Source: a virus
Direction: 5' to 3' (one strand)
IMG/VR virus record: IMGVR_UViG_3300031576_000014
Location: 1 to 64,000 of that record
Length of the DNA: 64,000 nt
In this document: positions 46,548 to 54,504 of the stretch, piece by piece
How the letters are laid out: the number at the start of each line of letters is the position of its first letter
Numbering within the stretch: the stretch's first letter is position 1
Made by a program: the position numbers and the translations under genes
Notes under the pieces: model-generated
The model's input: the letters and a program-made list of their open reading frames with translations, nothing else
Databases searched by the model: none
What the model was told of the DNA's origin: nothing

Positions 46548-48095
46548 TCATAGCTGACCTCTCCCGCTCTTACGCTTGCCGCCCTTCTGCCTGAGAAATG
46601 ATCCGGCGACGGACACGTCCATGTCGTTGCCGTCTCCGGGGCGGTCGTACTCGATGCTGCGTCCTCCCCAGACCGCGCCGCGGTCCGGGTCCCAGTCGAA
46701 CTCGATCCCGAGCGGCCAGATCCCCCAACGCTGCTTGAGCACGAAGATCTCGAGCTTGTTGTCCTCGAGCTTCTTCCAAAGCGCAGGCCGGTGCGGGGCG
46801 ACGATGTTGTCCGATATCTCGATCCACGCTCCGCTGCCTTTGATGCCCTCCCGCGTCGGACGCTTGTCCGGCCGCATCTCGATGTCCTTCAGGCGCTGCT
46901 GCTGGAGAAGCACCGCGTGCATGCGCAGCTCTTCGATCATCGCCTGCTGGTGAACGAGCGCCTCCTCCTCCGACTCCGGGTCCGTGTACCGCAGGCACCG
47001 CTTCCAGAGGTCGGCGACGAAGACGTCGCAGCCCGAGTCCGCGAGGTAGCCGTGTACGAGGTCGAGGTTCCTCTCGTTCGACGGCTTCTCGCCGCGCCGC
47101 TTGCGGAACGGGTTCGCCCAGAAGCGCACGCGGTCCGTGATCTCGTCCATGCGCGCGCGCAAGACCTCGCGCCCCTCCGGCGTGCGGATCGGCGAGCCCT
47201 CGACGTTCTGCGGATCGCTCATGGCGGTGCGGCTCCAGCCGAGCGAGATCGTCGCGAGAAGCTCCAGCGTCATCCCGCCGGACGGCTCCCAGGCCCCGTA
47301 GATCACGCGGCGCCCTTCCGGGCTCTCCGGCGGATCGTAGCCTGACCCGTCCGCGCGGTGCTCCCAGCCCGCAAGCCCGAGCGTCAGGTGCGCCGTCAAG
47401 GTCGACTTGCCCGCTCCCGAAACCGCCGTGACCGTCGTGACCATCCCCGGCTTCGCTCCCGGAAGCATGCGGCGGCGGCCGTCCTCGTAGCGGTCGAGGC
47501 CCGGCAGCCCGAACGGGAACGTCGCGCGACCGGCCACGCGCTCTTCGACCTCCCGCATCTGGTCGCGCACGAGCTGCTTCGGCTCGAGCAGATGCGAGCG
47601 TTCCTCGTAGCCGTCGAACGCGACGACGATCGACCGCGCGAGCGCCCGCACGCGTTCCGGCTCCGCCCGCGGATCGCGCAGGGCTTCCAGGAAGGCCGGC
47701 ACCGGACCCCTTGCTGCGCCTGCGCGCGCGGAGTCCCAAAGCAGGTTCTCGAGATGCCAGGCCGGGTTCTGGGGAGCGCCGTCCTCCGCCACGCGCGCGA
47801 GCGCCCGTGCGGCGTCCTCGCCGGCGAGCTTCTCGACGACGGCGATGTCGACGGAGAGCTTTCTCCTGCGCGCCTCCGCGATCGCCTGCCACGCGTCGGC
47901 GAAGAGCCTTGTCTGGAAATGGTCCGCGCGCGCGCGCAGGAGCAGCTTGTCGAGCTGCTCCTCGGAGGACGCGAGGGCTGCCGCGAGGAGGGCCGCCTCG
48001 TTGACCGGATCGTGCGGGATGACGATCGGCTCAGGCGCGTCGTTGCGCTTTCGATCTTCCCTGTCGTCGCCGGGCCTTCTGCGTTTTCTCCTCAC
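46548..48095 (-). CDS. DnaB-like replicative helicase
   Basis: PHDPVNEAALL, AVSGAGKST, RPTREGIKGSGAW, KQRWG. Confidence 0.85.
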   Translation of the reverse strand: MRRKRRRPGDDREDRKRNDAPEPIVIPHDPVNEAALLAAALASSEEQLDKLLLRARADHFQTRLFADAWQAIAEARRRKLSVDIAVVEKLAGEDAARALARVAEDGAPQNPAWHLENLLWDSARAGAARGPVPAFLEALRDPRAEPERVRALARSIVVAFDGYEERSHLLEPKQLVRDQMREVEERVAGRATFPFGLPGLDRYEDGRRRMLPGAKPGMVTTVTAVSGAGKSTLTAHLTLGLAGWEHRADGSGYDPPESPEGRRVIYGAWEPSGGMTLELLATISLGWSRTAMSDPQNVEGSPIRTPEGREVLRARMDEITDRVRFWANPFRKRRGEKPSNERNLDLVHGYLADSGCDVFVADLWKRCLRYTDPESEEEALVHQQAMIEELRMHAVLLQQQRLKDIEMRPDKRPTREGIKGSGAWIEISDNIVAPHRPALWKKLEDNKLEIFVLKQRWGIWPLGIEFDWDPDRGAVWGGRSIEYDRPGDGNDMDVSVAGSFLRQKGGKRKSGRGQL

Positions 48096-48182
48096 GGGGC
48101 CCGGCGATCGTTGCCGCCAACGCGCGCCACTCGAACCACGACGCCTTGCTAACGCGCATCAGGTCGCGAAGCACGCCGAGCA

Positions 48183-48587
48183 TCAGGCCCAGGGATGCCT
48201 GACGGGGTCGGCGCTGGCCTGACCGTTCATCCAACCGAGCGCGAGCGCCGTCGATCGGACGACGCGCAGGAAGAGCAGGTCTTTCTCGCGCTGCTCCTTC
48301 AGGAGATCATCGTAGGGCATCATGCACGGGTGTTCCTTCTTCTCCGGATCCTTGACCGGCCCGTGCGTCCAGCCGTCCGCGATCTTCTGCGCGAGCCAGC
48401 CCGCATGCGACTCCTCCGGCGTGTTGCCTGCGAGCGCCCCTTTGACGCCCGCGATGGCGCTGTCCTTCTGCCATTGCGGCGCGGCCTCCCACGCTGCCTG
48501 GCTCGCGTCGCCGATCGCCAGGCAGTACGCCCGGTTGACCTCGTGCGCGGCCCGCGCGCACGCTTCGATCTTCTTCTCGTCGTTCAT
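48183..48587 (-). CDS. RyR-domain protein
   Basis: HAGWLAQKIADGWTHGPVKDPEKKEHPCMMPYDDL. Confidence 0.85.
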   Translation of the reverse strand: MNDEKKIEACARAAHEVNRAYCLAIGDASQAAWEAAPQWQKDSAIAGVKGALAGNTPEESHAGWLAQKIADGWTHGPVKDPEKKEHPCMMPYDDLLKEQREKDLLFLRVVRSTALALGWMNGQASADPVRHPWA

Positions 48588-49099
48588 CTCGTCTTCTCCT
48601 TCGCGCCTCGCCTCGCTTTATCAAGCCGATAGTCCGTGAGGATCGCCCCGGAGAAGAGCAGGCGCCAGCCGAGCCGGCCTCCCGGCCTCCCGTTCTCGCG
48701 GCGCCACTCCTCGCGGTCCTTCTCCCGCAACCATGCCCAGCGGACGAAGTCCGCCATCGCGTCCGCGTCGCCGTCGAACTGCGAGCGGAGCATGCGCGCG
48801 GCCGCCGCGGCGGCGTCCATGCGCTCGCGCGGCCCGACCTCGTCCGCCACGCCGTAGACCTTCCCGTGGAGCATCGCGCAGAGGGCGACGAAGTGCTTGC
48901 CCGTCGCCCCCGCGAAGCTCTCGATCCGGATCATCCCCTCGACGTCGCGCTCCGCGGAGAGGACGGTCGAGCGGCTCATCGCCCGCCGCTTCTCCCTCCT
49001 GCGCCGGAAGAAGTCGTTCTTCTCGACGTCGCTCGGCTCCTCGTCCGACCAGTGGTCGGCTGCCGGCGGAGGGACGCGCGCGCCTGCGGACACCGTCAC
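48584..49099 (-). CDS. Hypothetical protein
   Basis: Coupled ORF. Confidence 0.55.
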   Translation of the reverse strand: MTVSAGARVPPPAADHWSDEEPSDVEKNDFFRRRREKRRAMSRSTVLSAERDVEGMIRIESFAGATGKHFVALCAMLHGKVYGVADEVGPRERMDAAAAAARMLRSQFDGDADAMADFVRWAWLREKDREEWRRENGRPGGRLGWRLLFSGAILTDYRLDKARRGAKEKTR

Positions 49100-49647
49100 G
49101 ACCGCTCGCCGTACGTGTCGCCGATCGCCTTCAGGTACGCCTTCCACTTTCGGGGAATCTCTTCGTCGCGGAAGGCGCGCAGGTCGACCATCAGGCGCGC
49201 CATCGCCTGCGCGTGCGTCTCGCCCGGCCGGAGCGTCGTCGACCCCTCGAACGGGCCGACCTCGAAAGAATGGAACTGCTTCGGGCTGAAAAGTTCCTTC
49301 CCCCAGACCACGCGCACCACGTTCGCCGGATCGGGCGCGTCCGTCTTCGCATGGTGCTGCTTGTCCGACGCGCGGGAATCTTCGGGCCGAGATGCTGTTG
49401 CGTTGCCTTCGTGGCCGCACGGCCACGCCACCACGGAGCCTCTCGTGGTCGTGAGGCGCTGCCCGCAGCGCCCGCACTCCGGCTTCCCGTCCGCGCTCAA
49501 GACGGCCCCCGGCGGCAAGCTGTCGAACGCGTACGGCGGGTCCTTGCGATCCTCGAAGAGCGATCCGGTCCTGGCCTCGGCCGGGAGCGACCCGATGTTC
49601 GCCGTGTTCGTCTCCGCCGCGCCGCCGCTGTTCTTCTTCCTTCGCAT
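49096..49647 (-). CDS. Hypothetical protein
   Basis: Coupled ORF, CGRC...CGH. Confidence 0.6.
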   Translation of the reverse strand: MRRKKNSGGAAETNTANIGSLPAEARTGSLFEDRKDPPYAFDSLPPGAVLSADGKPECGRCGQRLTTTRGSVVAWPCGHEGNATASRPEDSRASDKQHHAKTDAPDPANVVRVVWGKELFSPKQFHSFEVGPFEGSTTLRPGETHAQAMARLMVDLRAFRDEEIPRKWKAYLKAIGDTYGERS

Positions 49648-49656
49648 GGTTCCCTT

Positions 49657-51735
49657 CTATGCCGCCGCCGCGCGCCTCTTGATGTACTCCTTCGCGGGCG
49701 TCCATCCGCCGTCCTCGAAGACGACGACGCGGGGGAACCACGTCTTCAGGTTCTTCAGGTGCTTCGGGAAAACGTGCCTGTCCCAGAGATAGTAAAACCT
49801 CGCGCCTCCCTTGCCCGTCGACGTCCGGCAGAAGCGGCCGCGCACCTGCCGGAAGAGCTGGCGGTTCGCCCCGATCGGCGTCGCGCCGATTCCCGTCCCG
49901 ATCTTCGGGACGTCGATGCCCGTGCCGAACGCCTGGTACGTAGCGGAACCGGCCTTGAGCGTGCCGGCCTTCAGCCCGGACTTCGTCCTCTCGAACTCGA
50001 CGGCGAAGTCCGGGCCGCCGATCAGGTAGCCACAGGGCGTTCCCATCGCGGAGATCGCCTGCCCGAAAGTCATCACGTGCTCGCGGTACTGCGCGAGCAC
50101 GACGACCTGCTCGCCCTCCGCGATCGCCTCCCTGGCGAGCCGGAGCACGAGCCGGTTCCGGTCGTCGTCGCCCATCATCTCGACGAGCAGACGGTGCCTG
50201 TCGACCCCGCGGTCCTCCCCGCCACGTAAACCGCGGTTTACGTCGTCGAAGCCCCCGTTCTCCGCGTCCGGGAGCCCGTACCAGTCCGCGCGGAAGTCCG
50301 TCGGCACGACCCGGACCTCGACGTCGAGGATGTGCCCGCTCTCGACAAGCTCCTTCTCGTCGACCTTCGCGGCCGTCGGACCGAACAGCTCCTTGATCAG
50401 GAACTCCTTCCGGTCCTTGCGACGCACGTCCGCCGTCGCGCCGATCCTGTACCTGGCCGGCAGCGGGTCGATTGCATCGAAGAGCGTCTTGCTTGCGAAG
50501 AGATGGCAGTTGTGAACGAGCACGCCGCCCACGACGAAGACACCACCCTCCGTTTCTAGATTGCAGACCGACGCGATCTCCGCGATGAAGCTTCGATCGA
50601 TCCGCGCTCGGCCACGTCGAAGTCGAACTCCCCCCGGAAGCGGAGCACCAGCCAGCCCTTCGATTCGAGGAAGCAGGTTTTTCGTTCGTCGGCCGCCCCG
50701 CGGCTCTGCGCGATCATCGCCGGCCGTCGGGACCTCCACCGCTGACCCGATGAAAGCGCTGGCGCCCACTTCGCGCGCATCGACGGATCTTTCCAAAGCT
50801 CTTTGAACATGAAGAGGATCACACCAAAGAACGTCATCGCAGCGAACACTTGAGACGCCGACCCATCCTTCACCCTCGACCGCAACCGGATGTTCGTCCG
50901 TCGCTCGCCATCCGGCCAACCGGACAGCCACGACGGCACGGCGTCGAGAAACGACGAGCACCGAACCTCCCGCCGCGACGCGTTCGCCAGGCCGGACCTC
51001 GCCGATCGATTTGAGCGTTCCGTCTTCCATCAGAACAGGCGCTCTCTCTTCAAAACACTCGTCCGCGAAGACCGCCCCGAAGTAGCGCTGGACGCCTGCC
51101 TCGCCCGAGCACTTCGCAAGCGTCTTGCCCATCGCGAGCGTCACGGGCCGCAGTCGCTGCGTCTGCCCCTGCACGACGCCGATCTGGTCCGCCCGCATGC
51201 CGAGCTGCTCGCCGAGCTGCTCCCGCCACTGCCGGAGCAAGGCCGACGCATGCACGACGATGAGCACCGGGCACCGCACGCGCGGGATGAGCGAGATCAA
51301 TGCGCACGTTTTTCCGCTGCCTTGCGGAGCTTCGATCAGGCAGCTCTCGCGCCCGAACGCGAGGTCGGCGAGCCGCGCCTGGTACGGGTAAAGCTCCCAG
51401 GCGTACTCCCCCGGCATGTTCGACTCCGCCGCGTCGACGAACCCTGTGTTCCTCTGGTCGCGGACCGTCCAGTCGATCTGATGCTCGTCGAGCACCTCCC
51501 GCACCTTCGCGATCCCTCCGCGCGGGACGGAGAGGAATCGGTTCTTCCCGTCCTTCTCCTTCCGCCAGGTCACGATCGTTCTCGGCTCGTCCCAAACCGG
51601 GAGCCCGAGCCGGCGCTTCATCGCGTGCTGCGGGTTCTTGTGCTCGAAACGCTCCCGGAGCGCTGCCTGCGCGTTCTCCGGCACGTCGTCGACGCAGAGC
51701 CGCGTCCGCGAGTCGACGACGATCAGGGCTGCCAC
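49657..51735 (-). CDS. Superfamily 2 (DExH) helicase, intein-containing
   Basis: APQGSGKT, ADE-[intein]-CH, ATA, GTGIDVP, QVRGR. Confidence 0.9.
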   Translation of the reverse strand: MAALIVVDSRTRLCVDDVPENAQAALRERFEHKNPQHAMKRRLGLPVWDEPRTIVTWRKEKDGKNRFLSVPRGGIAKVREVLDEHQIDWTVRDQRNTGFVDAAESNMPGEYAWELYPYQARLADLAFGRESCLIEAPQGSGKTCALISLIPRVRCPVLIVVHASALLRQWREQLGEQLGMRADQIGVVQGQTQRLRPVTLAMGKTLAKCSGEAGVQRYFGAVFADECFEERAPVLMEDGTLKSIGEVRPGERVAAGGSVLVVSRRRAVVAVRLAGWRATDEHPVAVEGEGWVGVSSVRCDDVLWCDPLHVQRALERSVDAREVGASAFIGSAVEVPTAGDDRAEPRGGRRTKNLLPRIEGLAGAPLPGGVRLRRGRARIDRSFIAEIASVCNLETEGGVFVVGGVLVHNCHLFASKTLFDAIDPLPARYRIGATADVRRKDRKEFLIKELFGPTAAKVDEKELVESGHILDVEVRVVPTDFRADWYGLPDAENGGFDDVNRGLRGGEDRGVDRHRLLVEMMGDDDRNRLVLRLAREAIAEGEQVVVLAQYREHVMTFGQAISAMGTPCGYLIGGPDFAVEFERTKSGLKAGTLKAGSATYQAFGTGIDVPKIGTGIGATPIGANRQLFRQVRGRFCRTSTGKGGARFYYLWDRHVFPKHLKNLKTWFPRVVVFEDGGWTPAKEYIKRRAAAA
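50224..50243. repeat. 20-bp palindrome copy 8, inside helicase CDS
   Basis: Read in frame as DVNRGLR. Confidence 0.97.
50509..51057 (-). mobile_element. Mini-intein (183 aa) in helicase Walker B motif
   Basis: Starts CFEERAPVLMEDG, block B ATDEHPV, ends VLVHN before Cys. Confidence 0.9.
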
Positions 51736-51925
51736 GCTCTCCTCTTTGCCGCCCGCTTCTTAGGTTCTTCTCCCCGCTACGTGCGCGCGTCCCCGCGCCC
51801 GCGTGTTCCGTAGGAACACGCAAGGATCTCTTTCTGATCGAGATCGATCGTCTCTAAATAATACACAGCTAAGCATAGTGGCGCGCGCGCACGCGCGCGT
51901 CCGTGATCCCGGGCTCGAAGTCCAG

Positions 51926-52306
51926 CTAGTTCTTCGGCGTGGGCGGAACAGCCTCTTTCTCCAGGTCCTTCTGCTCGGAGACGAGCGCGAGAAGGGCAAG
52001 AAAGCGGGGGGGGTTTCCACCGAGCGCGGCCTTGATGACGACGGCGTAGAGGCCCATCGCGAAGAGCGCCGCCTCGAAGCCGTCGCGCAGCGCTTCCGGC
52101 CACGGCTCGCCCCCGGAGACCGCGACGAGCGCGCCGTACGCGAGCCCGAGAAGGACGACGGCGAACGGTCTCCAGCGCTCCGGCACCGTGAGCGGGAAGC
52201 GGCTGTCCTTCTTGAGCATGCGCGCGAGCCAACCGATGACGACGACGGCGAGCGCGAGATAGTTGTGCGACTTCGCGAGGGTCCAGACCTGGAGAAAGAG
52301 CGACAT
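51926..52306 (-). CDS. Membrane protein, holin-like
   Basis: Three hydrophobic segments; TATCAT-N6-ATG. Confidence 0.55.
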   Translation of the reverse strand: MSLFLQVWTLAKSHNYLALAVVVIGWLARMLKKDSRFPLTVPERWRPFAVVLLGLAYGALVAVSGGEPWPEALRDGFEAALFAMGLYAVVIKAALGGNPPRFLALLALVSEQKDLEKEAVPPTPKN

Positions 52307-52323
52307 CCCCGGATGATACGCCG

Positions 52324-52806
52324 TCAATGCTGGGAAACGAGGGCCGTGACGACGACGCCCGCGAGCGTCGCGAAGATCCCGAGAAGAGCCGCGATGGCGG
52401 TGATCCGCTTCACGCGCGCGTCCGAGAGGACGGCGACCTCGTTCTGGCGGACCTTCTCCTCCTCGATCGTGAGCCGCCTGTCCTTGCGGTCCGTCTCCTC
52501 GCGGGCTGCGCGGCCGCGAAGCTCGCCCCGCGCCTCCGCGACCTCGACGAGCAGCCTCGTCTGGTTCTCGTTCTGCGCGTGTATCTGGTCGACCTTCCCG
52601 GCGATCTCCGCGACCTTCGCCCCGAGCGGCCTGACGGCCTCGTCGACGTGGCGCGCGGCCGAGTCGGTCATGGCGCGCACCTCGTGCGCCGTCTCGATCC
52701 CTGCCGTGCGCAGCTCGGCGCGGAGGTCCCCGATCGCCTGCCTGAGGCCGGCGATCTGCCGTTCGTGCTCGCGCAGACGCTTCTCGTGTTCGTCGATCGT
52801 CGCCAT
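52324..52806 (-). CDS. Coiled-coil protein with C-terminal TM helix
   Basis: Heptad pattern and hydrophobic C-terminus. Confidence 0.6.
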   Translation of the reverse strand: MATIDEHEKRLREHERQIAGLRQAIGDLRAELRTAGIETAHEVRAMTDSAARHVDEAVRPLGAKVAEIAGKVDQIHAQNENQTRLLVEVAEARGELRGRAAREETDRKDRRLTIEEEKVRQNEVAVLSDARVKRITAIAALLGIFATLAGVVVTALVSQH

Positions 52807-52824
52807 CGGCGCATCAACGCGATC

Positions 52825-54453
52825 CTACATCCTCCAGCCGAGGACGCGCACGAAAGCGGACGCGGCCGCCGTCACGAAGCCCGCGTTCGAGGAGAGGATC
52901 GTCACGCGGATGTTCCCCGGCGACGTCGACGGGTAGAGCGTGTTGATCGGGACCCAGCGCAGGAGCCTGTGCGAGCCCGCGCCGACGGGCTCGTTCGCTT
53001 GCCCCTCGCTCTCGAGGAGCGCCGCGATCTGTGTGCCGACCCCGCCGTTCCCGAACAGCCTGATCTCGTGCAGGTAGTTTCCTCCCCCAGCCGCGACCGT
53101 GATCGAGTTGCGCATCTCGAGATAGACCGCGCGCGCGTTTGCCGGGTAGTGGACGTTCGCCGTCAGGTCGAAGATCCAGGTCACGCTGCCGGCCGCCACG
53201 ACGTTCGACGTTGCCGCCGCCTCGATCGGCTGCACCGTGGTGGCGATGTTCACGAGGATCGCTCCTGTTTCGTCGGAGAAGTAGCCGACGAGGAGCGGTC
53301 CGATGTCGACCCAGCCGGCGCCGACGCAGACGCCGTTCGCCGTCGTGCCCGCGAGGCCGGTCGAGGTCGGCAGGGCGATCGCCGCGGTCGGCTGCCCGTC
53401 CTCCTTCGGCCCGACGGACGAAACAACAGGGATGCCCCTGGGCGAGCGCGGCTTCCGGACGCCTGCCGCCGCCGTCGTGTAACGGGCCCAGCGCGGGAGC
53501 CCGAAGGGCGTCAGGAGGTACCAGTACCAGGGTCGGCCAACGACGGGGGCGAACCCGGACTCCTGGTTGAGCACGTCCGTCGCCGTCATGAAGTCCCCGT
53601 CCGGAACCGCCTGGCGCGTCCCGGAACGAACGCGCCCGCCGAGCCGCCGCCCGTCGATCGATTCTGCCTCGACGAGCCCCAAGACCGGCGTCGCTCCGAG
53701 CGCGGTGATCGCCTGGACGACCTGCTTTCTCTGGAGAGTGCGGTTCTGCGTCAGGTCGAACGGGGCGCGCACGCGGTCCGAGAGGAGCGGCCGCACGTCC
53801 CAGAACATCATGTCGTCGCACGACGCGGACGCGACCGGGTTGCGGACCACGGCGAGAGGGAGCCACCCCGCCGCCGTGCCCGGGAACCCGCCTCCCGGCG
53901 CGCCGGCGCGCATGCGGAGCGTTCCCGGGACGGCGTTCGCCACGCGGGCGCGGAGGGCCTTCGTCAGGGGCGTCGCGGAGAAGAGGCCAGTCGTCGGGTT
54001 GAAGACGTCGCGGTTGTCCGTCTCCGCGATCTCTTCGACGACCTGGCACTCGACGACGTCGATCCGGTCGCCCGGCCCGGGGTTCGTCGTCTCGAGCAGC
54101 GTCCCCAGCGCGGTGATCCCCGCGTCCCTGACGTACTTGTAGTTCGACGCGTCCGCCGCGAGGTCCGGCGCGATCGCGAGGAGGACGCCCGGGTCGACGA
54201 GCAGGCTGAACGACGCAAGCTGCGGCCGAACAAGGAGCCCGTTGATGATCTCCGCGCGGAGCGGGTTGCCGAGCCCGGAGAACTCCGTGACGACCGCCCC
54301 CGCGTCGAGGTCGTCGTTCGCCTGGACGTCGAGCATGTAGCGGAGAAGCTCCGCCTGATCGTTGCCGGCGAAGGCTTGCAGCCGGTTGATGTCCGTGGAG
54401 ACCGCCCGCTCCTGCGTGTTGATGACCACACTTTTCCACCCACCACCGGGCAT
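52825..54453 (-). CDS. Virion tail/baseplate protein
   Basis: Follows baseplate genes; DRIDVV motif typical of tail-fibre N-termini; AGGAG RBS. Confidence 0.7.
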   Translation of the reverse strand: MPGGGWKSVVINTQERAVSTDINRLQAFAGNDQAELLRYMLDVQANDDLDAGAVVTEFSGLGNPLRAEIINGLLVRPQLASFSLLVDPGVLLAIAPDLAADASNYKYVRDAGITALGTLLETTNPGPGDRIDVVECQVVEEIAETDNRDVFNPTTGLFSATPLTKALRARVANAVPGTLRMRAGAPGGGFPGTAAGWLPLAVVRNPVASASCDDMMFWDVRPLLSDRVRAPFDLTQNRTLQRKQVVQAITALGATPVLGLVEAESIDGRRLGGRVRSGTRQAVPDGDFMTATDVLNQESGFAPVVGRPWYWYLLTPFGLPRWARYTTAAAGVRKPRSPRGIPVVSSVGPKEDGQPTAAIALPTSTGLAGTTANGVCVGAGWVDIGPLLVGYFSDETGAILVNIATTVQPIEAAATSNVVAAGSVTWIFDLTANVHYPANARAVYLEMRNSITVAAGGGNYLHEIRLFGNGGVGTQIAALLESEGQANEPVGAGSHRLLRWVPINTLYPSTSPGNIRVTILSSNAGFVTAAASAFVRVLGWRM

Positions 54454-54504
54454 GCCGTGTCTCCTGTCTCCGGGGATGTTACTCGGACTCGGTCGCGCTC
54501 ACAC

